From: a virus
Lineage: Duplodnaviria; Caudoviricetes
Length of the DNA: 27,136 nucleotides
Reading direction: 5' to 3' (one strand)
IMG/VR virus record: IMGVR_UViG_3300042465_001447
Location: 1 to 27,136 of that record
Shown: positions 13,720 to 23,184 of the stretch, in pieces
Layout of the letters: each line of letters starts with the position of its first letter
Numbering within the stretch: the first letter of the stretch is position 1
Position numbers and translations under genes: made by a program
Notes under the pieces: generated by a model
Told to the model about the DNA's origin: nothing
What the model saw: the letters and a program-made list of their open reading frames with translations, nothing else
Databases searched by the model: none

Positions 13720-16700
13720 TGCCAGAGGTGCCACTAGACCCATCTGTAGCACAGTTAAGTCCTAACTTTTATTCTGCTGCTATTAAATCAACCCTTGATG
13801 CTAAATCAAGAGTAATGATTGAACAGTTATCTCAAAGCCACAAAAAGGGTAAAGACTTACTTAAACTAAGTGATAAAAAAGCACGTGAAGAGTTTTTAAA
13901 ACTTGACCCAATTGTGCAAAACAACATCCGTTATATTTATTCTGACAAAGAACAATTCTTACCAGAACAAAATTTAGTAGGTAAAGTTGTTCAAGGCATT
14001 GGTAAAGCAGCAATGGGAACTGCTACAGGAATCTTTAGTCCATTTATTGCAGCATTTAAAGTTGCAGAAGAATATGGACAGGTTTTAAATACAGCAAACA
14101 TTGCTCGTGCTCAAATGGAACAAGGTAAACCATTTACAAAGAAACTTCTTTCAGATTCTTATAATGGATTAAACTCTTGGCGATGGGATAAAGTTGCTAA
14201 ATTTGAAAAGCAATATGGAAAAGCATTAATTGCTTTAGCAAGAGGCAATGCAGAAGGCCGCACAATTAGTGAGTCAATTGATGAATATGGCACAGTTGAT
14301 GCTGACATGTATGCTGCTATTCAATTTATGGGCGACGAGCCTACTAAGTTTCAAAACCTTTTAGATACTCTTAAGTTAGAGACTCAGGTTTCACCAGGCC
14401 GTGACTTTGCAAATAAAATGCCAACAAACAACACTACTGTTAATAAAAATCACTGGGCTGTTAAGTTTACTAAAATGTTGGGTATTGATGTATCAACTAA
14501 AGAGGGCGTAACAAAAGCCAAAAAACTTGTTTCAGGACCAGTTGATGCTATTTACCAGGTTGCTATTGACCCATTAACTTATGTTGGTGTAGGTCCTGCA
14601 GTTAAAGCATTTACTAAAGGTGTAGACGGTATTCAAGTTGGTGCAAAAGAGGCCTTGCAATTTGTTGGTTTAAAATCTCGTGGACAAAGAATGGCAGACC
14701 AGTATCAGTTTATTTCTGAAAAGGCTGGCACTGCTTCTGCTGGAATGGACTGGGCGTTTCGCCAACCAGAAGTTGTTAACCTTTGGGATAACGAACTAGG
14801 TCCTTTGTTTAAAAAGTATACAGAGTCTTCAAGCCCAACTGTTAAATCACAGGTATGGAATGAAATTAAACAAGGCTATCCACAGTATCGCAATAGAGAG
14901 TTAGTAAAATTAGTTTCAACAGAGATGAAAAAAACTAATGATTACAATGCTGCTGGTGCAAAACGATTCTTTACACAAGTAGATGACTTTGACACAATGC
15001 TTAGTGGTCCAGTCGATGGTGTTTCATTTCGCCGTGATGGTATTCCTGTTGCTCGTTTTTATAGAAACATGACATCTGCAGTTCATAGAACTGCTTATGA
15101 TTTGTTTAATCCTACTGTTGGCGCAAAAGCAACTGATGATGCAATCCGTCAAAACGACGAAGGTCTAAAGTCTATTATGGATACATTAAAAACAGTATCT
15201 AATGACTCAGAAGTTTTACTTAATCCAAACATTGAAGATATTTTTGCACTACAAAGCAATGTAAAAAGCGCACGTAAAATTGCCTATCAAATTGGAACTG
15301 GTTTAAGCCGTTCGCCTGGTCGTATTCTTTGGGGCGATGATTCCATTAAGACGGTTGAAAGCGTAAGAAACCTAGCCAACCAGGTAATGGATACAAAGTT
15401 TGCAGATGCCTTTGCTGAGGCTTATCCAAACGAACCAGCAGAAGTTCAGATTACAATGATTCGTAATCTTTACAATGCATTTATGATTAAAATTGGAATG
15501 TACGGTAGCCCTGGCGGTAAGGCTCAAGCAGAAGAAATTCTTGCTAAAACCTTTAACGAAACAGGTATGCTTTCTACAACAAGAAGCGAAGTGCCTCTTG
15601 AGTGGGTAGATGAGATTAGCCCTAATTTAATTCGTTATGAAAACGATATTCCATTTCAGGCTTCAAAGGGAATTATTGAACCATCTCAGATGACAGATGG
15701 TATATCACCACTTCCTTACGATTTGTTGTATCAGTATGCTGCTACATCTAAACTAAGTGAAAAGACTAACTTTACAAATCTACTTGGTGGGGCAACAAGA
15801 AATAATTTTGTTCGCAAATACACAGACTTTTGGGCAGACCTTACACTTTACCCACGTCTAGGTATACGTTCTGCTATTGACGAAACATTTTTCTTTTTTA
15901 TGTATGCTCCTTACTACGATGTCAAAGCATTTCTTAAGGGTGAGGCAATATTCCCAACAAGAGCCTTAACCTCTATTACTGGTTCCAAGGCATCTCAAGG
16001 TCAGTATGCTCGTGGCGTTTATAAGGTCATGAAAAATCTTGACCCAACCAAAAAGTTTAGCCCAGAGGTTCGTTATAACGCTATTAAAAAGTTAGCGGAA
16101 ATGGAATCTGTTAAGCGTGGATACAATGTTCCACAAGCAGAAATCTCAATGGCATTGATTCGTGAAGACATGGTTTATCGTGCTCAAGATTTGTACAAAA
16201 ATACTGTTTCAGAATCAACTTGGAAAAACATTGAAAAGTTAATGCGTAATAATCCAGTTGTATTTGAGTCAATGATTAACTCAATGGGTGCACGTTCTTC
16301 TATATCTGGAAAGATAGATGTAGATTTTATAGATTCAATGTTTACTCCTAGCAATTTGAGTAAGATGATGACAGATGCTGGACTTGTAAAGAGTGGTAAG
16401 TATACTCCTCGACAGGTTTCAGAAATGTCAGAGTCAGCCATTGCTGTAACTCATTTTGATAACTGGTCTATTCGTTTTCCTTACAACAGTGAGCCTATTG
16501 CACCTGGAATAAAGTTATCTCCAGCCCCAGTTTTTTACAAGCATAACGCATTAAAGACAAAAGATGATTTTATTGCAGCCCGTAATGAGTTAATGGAATC
16601 TATGGGTGTTGGATACAATGATGAAATTGAAGGCTTCGCTGTAACTAACCCAGAACTAGCCAAAAGATTCTTATCAAAGTTTTCATCAACAGTTTACTAC

Positions 16701-19022
16701 CGTCAAAAAGGTGTACCAGATGAGGCAATTGCACGTATCCATGTAGAGAACATGCTTCTTGACATGAGAAATACATTTCATGGTGGGCCAAACACTTACA
16801 ATGAAGAACTATTTGATTTAGTTAAAAGCAAGTATGCAGAAATTGAAATTTTCCGCATGAAGTCTAAGCAAAGCATGGACAATGCTTGGGAAAATGCATC
16901 TGCTGCTCTTACCTTTGATGAGTTCCAGAAGGCAACAGTAGGTCGCCACCCAGTAAGTGGGGAAATTAATACACGACTTGTTAGCCATGGAGACAATAAA
17001 GACATGGCTGTCTTTGAAGAAGAAGGCGGATTGCCTAAGATTCTTGAAAAGTTCCAGAACTGGTCTATGGAAGTAATGGATGCAACCGTTACTGGCATGT
17101 ATCGCCAGAAGGCTTTGTGGATTTACTTTGACCAAAGAATGGATAGTCTTGTTCCTTACGAAAACATGCTACGCAATCGCATGGAAAAGGAATTAATTGA
17201 GCAAGGCATGTCACCAGCACTGGCTAAAACAAGAGCGGCAGCCCATGCTGAGAAACAAACTGTTGAAATTGCCTTTAAAGACTCAAGCGAAAAACTTTTA
17301 GAGTATGTAGATAACCCAGAAGTTAAGTCTAACTTTGCAGTATCGGTCCGTTCTGTTGGTAGATTCTACCGTGCAACAGAAGACTTCCATCGCCGTATGT
17401 ATCGCTTGTTTACAAAGGCACCATTACGTACTCTATATCGTTTGCGTTTACTAAACACTGGTTTAGATGCAGCAGGAGATGTTTACGAAGATGATAAGGG
17501 AGACAAGTATGTTGTATTCCCTACAGATACTATTATTAACTCTGCAATTGAACCAGTTATTCGTACCTTAACTGGCAACAAGACATTTAACATACCAACA
17601 TTTAATGACATCACATTAAAGTTGCGTTTGATTAACCCATCTTTTGCACCTGATGCTGGTCAACCAGCGTTTGCTGGTCCTATTGGAGCAGTAAGCATTC
17701 TTTCTCTTCGTGCATTACTACGTAATATAGTTCCATTTGCCGAAAGAATTATACCTGGCAATCAAGAGGGTATGGTTGCAGAATTACAACCTAGATTTGA
17801 AAAAGCCGCTGACGTAGTTGGTCAGATTGGATTAGGCAACTTTGCTGATTCAATGACATTTAGAAAAGCAATAACACCTATGCTTGTTGATACAAGTATG
17901 GGTGCATTATCAACGCTTACTCCATATGAGTGGGATAGACAGACTACAACTGCAACTCTTCAGGCAATGGCTTATTTCCAGGCTAATGGAATGGGTATTT
18001 CAGAGGATGCCACAGCCGAAGAAAAGAAAAAGTATATTGATAATCTAAAGATTTCTGTTAGCAATATTATGATTGGTCGCACTATCTTGGGTTATATATC
18101 TCCAGGTATGCCAACATTTAAGGAAAGTAAAGACCTACCTGCATACATGCGTAAGGTTGGCATTACATCCTTTAAGGCAGAGTTCTGGGATATTTACAAT
18201 GGTATTCTTCGTAATGCTGGTGATGATGTTAGCGATGTATTTGACCTAGCAGTTGCTACATTTGTAGGCAAAAATCCAGGCAAGGTAATCTGGACAGTGC
18301 CACGCACCGATAAGGAATACAAAGTATTTATTGCACAGACAACTGAGGTTAAAGACTGGGCTATTAAAAACAAGTCCTTTGTAGATACCTATAAAGAAGT
18401 TGCTTATTTGTTTGCGCCACGTGCTGGTGATTATAACTCAGATGTTTATAACTGGCTACAAGCAGAAGGTTTAATTAAGTTACCAGAGTTTGAGGATTAC
18501 TTACTACGCCTTCAAATTGCAGAAGATAAAGAAAAATACTTTGAAATCGGCAATCAATTAGAAAAAAGACTTGAAGTGGTTGGCATAACACAAGAACGCA
18601 AAGAGTTAATTAACATTGCTGCTCAATCTAAAAAGGATTTAATTACTTCTAATCCTTACCTAGAGGCTGCTATTAATGGTTCTATTAATGAGCGTGGCGA
18701 ACTAGGTAAGAAGTTTAAGACCCTTAATGAGGCAATCAATAGTAATAAAACTCCTGTTGATGCGCAGACTCGTAAGGCCATGAAACTAATTCTTGAAGAA
18801 GTAGCATCCTTTGTTGTCATGGCTGAGGATGAATCTATGGGTAGACGCTATGACTTTACTCAAATTAAAGAACAAAGAAAACTAGAGATAGTAGAAATTA
18901 TTGACAAGTTAGTTAAGTCTAGCCCAGCAATTTCTGAAGCAAATAGGTTGATATTTAAACCATTACTTAATTCATATTCAAGAGATGTTAATACGGCAGG
19001 TCCTACGGAGGTAAATAGATAA
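13719..19022 (+). CDS. very large putative internal virion (ejection) protein
   Basis: 1767 aa, apparently mostly helical, in the virion operon of a podovirus-like phage; no catalytic motif recognised. Confidence 0.65.
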   Translation: MPEVPLDPSVAQLSPNFYSAAIKSTLDAKSRVMIEQLSQSHKKGKDLLKLSDKKAREEFLKLDPIVQNNIRYIYSDKEQFLPEQNLVGKVVQGIGKAAMGTATGIFSPFIAAFKVAEEYGQVLNTANIARAQMEQGKPFTKKLLSDSYNGLNSWRWDKVAKFEKQYGKALIALARGNAEGRTISESIDEYGTVDADMYAAIQFMGDEPTKFQNLLDTLKLETQVSPGRDFANKMPTNNTTVNKNHWAVKFTKMLGIDVSTKEGVTKAKKLVSGPVDAIYQVAIDPLTYVGVGPAVKAFTKGVDGIQVGAKEALQFVGLKSRGQRMADQYQFISEKAGTASAGMDWAFRQPEVVNLWDNELGPLFKKYTESSSPTVKSQVWNEIKQGYPQYRNRELVKLVSTEMKKTNDYNAAGAKRFFTQVDDFDTMLSGPVDGVSFRRDGIPVARFYRNMTSAVHRTAYDLFNPTVGAKATDDAIRQNDEGLKSIMDTLKTVSNDSEVLLNPNIEDIFALQSNVKSARKIAYQIGTGLSRSPGRILWGDDSIKTVESVRNLANQVMDTKFADAFAEAYPNEPAEVQITMIRNLYNAFMIKIGMYGSPGGKAQAEEILAKTFNETGMLSTTRSEVPLEWVDEISPNLIRYENDIPFQASKGIIEPSQMTDGISPLPYDLLYQYAATSKLSEKTNFTNLLGGATRNNFVRKYTDFWADLTLYPRLGIRSAIDETFFFFMYAPYYDVKAFLKGEAIFPTRALTSITGSKASQGQYARGVYKVMKNLDPTKKFSPEVRYNAIKKLAEMESVKRGYNVPQAEISMALIREDMVYRAQDLYKNTVSESTWKNIEKLMRNNPVVFESMINSMGARSSISGKIDVDFIDSMFTPSNLSKMMTDAGLVKSGKYTPRQVSEMSESAIAVTHFDNWSIRFPYNSEPIAPGIKLSPAPVFYKHNALKTKDDFIAARNELMESMGVGYNDEIEGFAVTNPELAKRFLSKFSSTVYYRQKGVPDEAIARIHVENMLLDMRNTFHGGPNTYNEELFDLVKSKYAEIEIFRMKSKQSMDNAWENASAALTFDEFQKATVGRHPVSGEINTRLVSHGDNKDMAVFEEEGGLPKILEKFQNWSMEVMDATVTGMYRQKALWIYFDQRMDSLVPYENMLRNRMEKELIEQGMSPALAKTRAAAHAEKQTVEIAFKDSSEKLLEYVDNPEVKSNFAVSVRSVGRFYRATEDFHRRMYRLFTKAPLRTLYRLRLLNTGLDAAGDVYEDDKGDKYVVFPTDTIINSAIEPVIRTLTGNKTFNIPTFNDITLKLRLINPSFAPDAGQPAFAGPIGAVSILSLRALLRNIVPFAERIIPGNQEGMVAELQPRFEKAADVVGQIGLGNFADSMTFRKAITPMLVDTSMGALSTLTPYEWDRQTTTATLQAMAYFQANGMGISEDATAEEKKKYIDNLKISVSNIMIGRTILGYISPGMPTFKESKDLPAYMRKVGITSFKAEFWDIYNGILRNAGDDVSDVFDLAVATFVGKNPGKVIWTVPRTDKEYKVFIAQTTEVKDWAIKNKSFVDTYKEVAYLFAPRAGDYNSDVYNWLQAEGLIKLPEFEDYLLRLQIAEDKEKYFEIGNQLEKRLEVVGITQERKELINIAAQSKKDLITSNPYLEAAINGSINERGELGKKFKTLNEAINSNKTPVDAQTRKAMKLILEEVASFVVMAEDESMGRRYDFTQIKEQRKLEIVEIIDKLVKSSPAISEANRLIFKPLLNSYSRDVNTAGPTEVNR

Positions 19023-19870
19023 TGGCTGCTTCTTCACCAGACCAAGCCCGTGCTCAGCAGGCGGCAAAAGACAAGGCTAATGCTAATAAGGCTAATGCTA
19101 GTCGTGACCAAAAGAACTCTCTTGAAACAAACTTTGGCGGTTCACAACCAAAATACTTTTTAGACTTTGACCCAAGCGGTAGAGTTCGTATTCTTCAGAC
19201 TCTTATTGGCGGAGAAACAGAACAAAGATTTTTAATAATTAATCCAAATGGTCTTGACTATAGTTTTGCTAACAAAACACAGGTAGTCAAGGCAATTCGT
19301 GGATTATATAAGAATCAAAAGGAAGCATTGCGAAAGCAATTACTTGACCTTGGTTATATAACAGAGCGAGAGTTTGACACTCGTAGCGAAACTGCACTTA
19401 ACAGTGGTGTGCTATCTGCTGCTAATGAGTTCACAACAGAGGTTGTAGATGCTTACACTGTAGAAGGCACAACAAAATTTCCTACATTTGATAAGTGGTT
19501 AAACGGCAGACCTGCTGCTGGTGGTGATGGTGGCAAAAAAGACTTACCAGTTCGTGACATTAACCTTATGGACCGCGATGTAGTTGAGGCAATTATTAGA
19601 GATGTTTATATGTCTGAACTACAAAAAGAAGTAGACCCAAAAATTATTAAAGCCAAGACTGACCGTTATATGGAGCAGATTGAAAAGGGTACTTTAACTA
19701 CCATTAAAGAAGGTAGCAAAGAAGTAGTGCGTAAATCAACAGTCCCTTTTTCTGAAGCACAAGTACGTGCTGAACTAGGTGAAGAGATACCAAAAGAAAA
19801 TACTGTGGATTACAACAGGGCACAGAGTCTTAACTTTCTTACTTTTTTATCAGGAATGGAGCGTAAGTAA
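19022..19870 (+). CDS. putative internal virion protein
   Basis: 282 aa, TAATG-coupled to the large gene. Confidence 0.6.
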   Translation: MAASSPDQARAQQAAKDKANANKANASRDQKNSLETNFGGSQPKYFLDFDPSGRVRILQTLIGGETEQRFLIINPNGLDYSFANKTQVVKAIRGLYKNQKEALRKQLLDLGYITEREFDTRSETALNSGVLSAANEFTTEVVDAYTVEGTTKFPTFDKWLNGRPAAGGDGGKKDLPVRDINLMDRDVVEAIIRDVYMSELQKEVDPKIIKAKTDRYMEQIEKGTLTTIKEGSKEVVRKSTVPFSEAQVRAELGEEIPKENTVDYNRAQSLNFLTFLSGMERK

Positions 19871-20869
19871 ATGGCAGACTTGGCTACCCTTCAGCAACAG
19901 TATGACAATGAATTAAAAGCAATTAATGATATGCCACCAGGGGCTGCAAAAACAAGGATGCAATTAGATTTTGATGTTAAGTATCCTAAAGGCAGGCCAC
20001 AAAAGGTAGAAGATACAGCCAATGAAGGCGCAGCAGCGGCATTAGCATACGGTATAACAGAATCTTTAATTGCTGCCTTTCCAGAACTACGTCCTATCTA
20101 TGAAAAGTTTTTGGCTAAAGATTATGCTGGTGCTAGATTAGATTACTTTGCAACTAATTATTATAAAAATCTAACTGATTCTGCTAAGACTCGACAGGGA
20201 TTAAAGGCAACAGCCCGTGGTCAGTATGACCAACAACTAGAAGCATACCGTTTAAATCAACGTAAGCGTTTAACTTCTAAAGGTATTAACCTAGATGATG
20301 AATCTTTTAATCTTTTTACAGAAACTGCATTTGATTCAGGACTAGATGAAAATCAATTAGATATTAGGATTCTTAATTCTGGAAAGTTTGGGCCAATTGG
20401 TGGCTCTACCCTTGGATTAGTTAATACACTTAAAGCCTATGCTGATGATTATGGTGTAAACAATTTATTAAACCAGTCATTCTGGGACCAGAAGTCTATG
20501 GATTTATTTGCTGGCAGAATTACAGAGGATGACTTAGAACAAGAAATTCGTAACCTATCGGCTAGTGCCTACGCTGCTTATGCACCTGGCATTATGGCTG
20601 GTCGTACTCTTGCTTCACAAACATCTGCAATTAAACAGACATATGCAAACCTATATGGATTAGACCCAGATACTGTGTCATATAGCGCACCAAACTTTAT
20701 GAAGTTACTTCAGTATGTAGACCCTAGGACTAAACAACCAGCACCTATTCCTTTATGGGAAGCGGAAAAGATTATTAAATCTCAAGATGATTGGTTGTAT
20801 TCAAAACCCGCTCAAGACCAATTCAACCAGGTTGGTGTTGGAATCCTTAAAGAATGGAAACTTATTTAA
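19871..20869 (+). CDS. putative internal virion protein
   Basis: 332 aa helical protein abutting its neighbours. Confidence 0.6.
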   Translation: MADLATLQQQYDNELKAINDMPPGAAKTRMQLDFDVKYPKGRPQKVEDTANEGAAAALAYGITESLIAAFPELRPIYEKFLAKDYAGARLDYFATNYYKNLTDSAKTRQGLKATARGQYDQQLEAYRLNQRKRLTSKGINLDDESFNLFTETAFDSGLDENQLDIRILNSGKFGPIGGSTLGLVNTLKAYADDYGVNNLLNQSFWDQKSMDLFAGRITEDDLEQEIRNLSASAYAAYAPGIMAGRTLASQTSAIKQTYANLYGLDPDTVSYSAPNFMKLLQYVDPRTKQPAPIPLWEAEKIIKSQDDWLYSKPAQDQFNQVGVGILKEWKLI

Positions 20870-22563
20870 TGGCTGATGCAAGCGTTGCGTTAAGAAAACT
20901 TCAGTCAGGTCAGGCATTAAATGATGCTGAAAAAAAGATTCTTGGTATATCTGTAACTGTTGTTACTCCTACCCCTACACCTACTCCAGCACCAGTTGCT
21001 GCAAATGATTTTATGGAAGAGGCTATTCCTTTAAATGTTAAAGGTAGCACGGGCGGAACTCCTACTGACACATCTAAAATAACACAGGCTGAAGTTACTG
21101 CTGCTTCTATTGCTGCTGCAAGAGAACTAGCAATAACGCCTTATACAGAACTTTCTGCTGCTGAAAGAGCAATGATGAGTCAGTCAGAAAAAACTGCTTA
21201 TCTTAAGGCAGCCCGTGAAGAAAAGATGCGCCTTGATACGGAAGAACGTGCAGCATCTGACCCAATGAAAAACCCAACTGAACGTCCACAGGCTGCACAA
21301 GATGAAGAAGGTTATATAAAGTATTATGGTTGGGTTGGCGGAGCATCATCTGGAAGTTGGAAACTTTACAAACAAAATAAACTTTCTGCTTCAGCAGACC
21401 AAATTCGTTCTGCAACGGAACGTTCTCAAGGTGGAACAACACAGGCTAGTTTTAGTAGTGCAGTAGGTGCAAACTTTGTGCCTACGGGACAAAATAACAT
21501 AACTGGAACAACTGACACAACAGTTAATCCAACAGTAAGTACTACCACAACTACTAATCCAACAGTAAGTACAACTACTACTACAAATCCTACTGTAAGC
21601 ACTACTGCTACAAGTACTACAGGATTAGATGCTCAGACTACTGCTTTAATTAAATCCTTACAAGACCAAATTGCAGCATTGACCAAACAGGTTACTGGTA
21701 CAACAACAGCAGCAGCGGAACAAAAAGCACTTGATGAAAAGATACGTAAAGAAAATGCGCTTGCTAGTTTAACTTCTACATTTACTAAATATAACTTGCA
21801 GTCTTTAATTCCAAAGATTAAAGAACTAGTTATTAATGGTGCAACTGAATCTACCATTGCTTTAGAACTAGCAGAAACTCCTGAGTATAAGCAAAGATTT
21901 AAGGCAAATCAGGAGCGCTTAAAAAAGAACTTAGCAGTATTAGACCCTGGTACTTATATTGGTATGGAAGATTCATACCGCCAAGCATTACGTGCATATG
22001 GCTTAAAGCAATTTGATACTGATGATTATGTATCTCAGTTTATTGCTAACGATATTTCTGCTAACGAGTTGTCTAACCGTATTGTTACTGCCGTTCAGCG
22101 TGTGCAAAATGCTGACCCAGCAATTACCAAGCAGTTACGAGACTTTTATAACATTGGTCAAAATGACCTTGTTGCTTATGTGCTTGACCCTAACCAACAG
22201 TTTCAGAAGATTGAGCGTCAAGTTCAGGCTGCTGAGATTGGTGTTGCAGCAGCCCGTCAGGGCATTACTGCTGGTGTTCAAGTTGCTGAACAATTGGCTG
22301 CACAAGGAGTTTCTCAAGCAGAAGCACAAAAGGGTTATGCAACTATTGCAGATATCCTTCCTGATGCTAAGAGACTATCTGATATCTATGGTACAACCCT
22401 TGAAGGTTATGACCTTGGACAGGCAGAGCAAGAAGTATTTAATCAACTTGCCTCTGCTCAGCGTAGACGACAGAAGTTAACTCAACGAGAAGTTGCAGCA
22501 TTTGGTGGTTCAAGTGGAACCAACAGAACAAGTCTTACTACATCAAGCGTAGGACAAATCTAA
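20869..22563 (+). CDS. putative internal virion protein with Thr/Pro-rich linkers
   Basis: Start revised to 20869 (TAATG). Low-complexity N-half and Ala/Gln-rich helical C-half. Confidence 0.65.
   Translation: MADASVALRKLQSGQALNDAEKKILGISVTVVTPTPTPTPAPVAANDFMEEAIPLNVKGSTGGTPTDTSKITQAEVTAASIAAARELAITPYTELSAAERAMMSQSEKTAYLKAAREEKMRLDTEERAASDPMKNPTERPQAAQDEEGYIKYYGWVGGASSGSWKLYKQNKLSASADQIRSATERSQGGTTQASFSSAVGANFVPTGQNNITGTTDTTVNPTVSTTTTTNPTVSTTTTTNPTVSTTATSTTGLDAQTTALIKSLQDQIAALTKQVTGTTTAAAEQKALDEKIRKENALASLTSTFTKYNLQSLIPKIKELVINGATESTIALELAETPEYKQRFKANQERLKKNLAVLDPGTYIGMEDSYRQALRAYGLKQFDTDDYVSQFIANDISANELSNRIVTAVQRVQNADPAITKQLRDFYNIGQNDLVAYVLDPNQQFQKIERQVQAAEIGVAAARQGITAGVQVAEQLAAQGVSQAEAQKGYATIADILPDAKRLSDIYGTTLEGYDLGQAEQEVFNQLASAQRRRQKLTQREVAAFGGSSGTNRTSLTTSSVGQI
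21526..21615 (+). repeat. three tandem 30-bp coding repeats (NPTVSTTTTT)
   Basis: AATCC(A/T)AC(A/T)GTAAG units start at 21526, 21556 and 21586. Confidence 0.85.
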
Positions 22564-22567
22564 AATC

Positions 22568-22651
22568 CTGACATGGACCTATCGGCCCCATGCAGCGTAA
22601 TAGACCGATAGTAGGAGCCAGCCAGTTTCCCCGAACTGAACTGAGGCCTGC
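22568..22651 (+). promoter_or_regulatory. pseudoknot plus hairpin in the scaffold gene leader
   Basis: CTG-a-CATGG/CCATG-CAG crossed by CTATCGG/CCGATAG, then an imperfect hairpin GTAGG..CAGTTT-CCCC-GAACTG..CCTGC. Confidence 0.6.
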
Positions 22652-22682
22652 GAACTAACAACGAATAGAAGGGTGGGTTGCT

Positions 22683-23153
22683 ATGAGCAACAACAACTGG
22701 GATGAAGAAGACGATGACTTTGATACAGACATCGATAACTCTGACGGAAGTGACTTGGTAAAGAAGTTACGGAAGGCAAAGCGTTCGGATGAAAAACGTA
22801 TTAAAGAACTCACAGAGCAACTTGAGGTATTTTCCAAGGCGCAGCGTGAGTCAACCGTTAAGGAAGTCCTAGAAAAGAAGGGCGTAAATACTAAAGCAGC
22901 ACGGCTAATCCTAAAGGACATATCCGAAGTTAATGAAGAGTCAATTAATAATTGGCTATCTGACAATGGAGATTTAATTGGGTATCAGCCTCAGTCAAAC
23001 AATGACGAAAACAATCTTGCGGCATTACGTCAGCAAGACATTGTTACGCAGCAGGGTATTTCGCCAGATAAAGCAAATGATATGAACGCTCGACTAAATG
23101 GCAATTTTGAGAGCGCTGAAGATTTTATTGCTTTTCTTCAATCACAACAATAA
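22683..23153 (+). CDS. capsid scaffolding protein
   Basis: Acidic N-terminus and coiled coil, 156 aa, immediately before the major capsid gene. Confidence 0.8.
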   Translation: MSNNNWDEEDDDFDTDIDNSDGSDLVKKLRKAKRSDEKRIKELTEQLEVFSKAQRESTVKEVLEKKGVNTKAARLILKDISEVNEESINNWLSDNGDLIGYQPQSNNDENNLAALRQQDIVTQQGISPDKANDMNARLNGNFESAEDFIAFLQSQQ

Positions 23154-23184
23154 TATCCGTTCATAGTCAAGGAGACTAAAAAAC

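Noticed and set aside
13719-19022. Virion RNA polymerase or siphovirus tape measure
   Set aside because: No DxDGD or T7-type polymerase motifs were seen, and there are no tape-measure repeats or flanking tail tube and chaperone genes. A divergent enzyme cannot be excluded without structure prediction.
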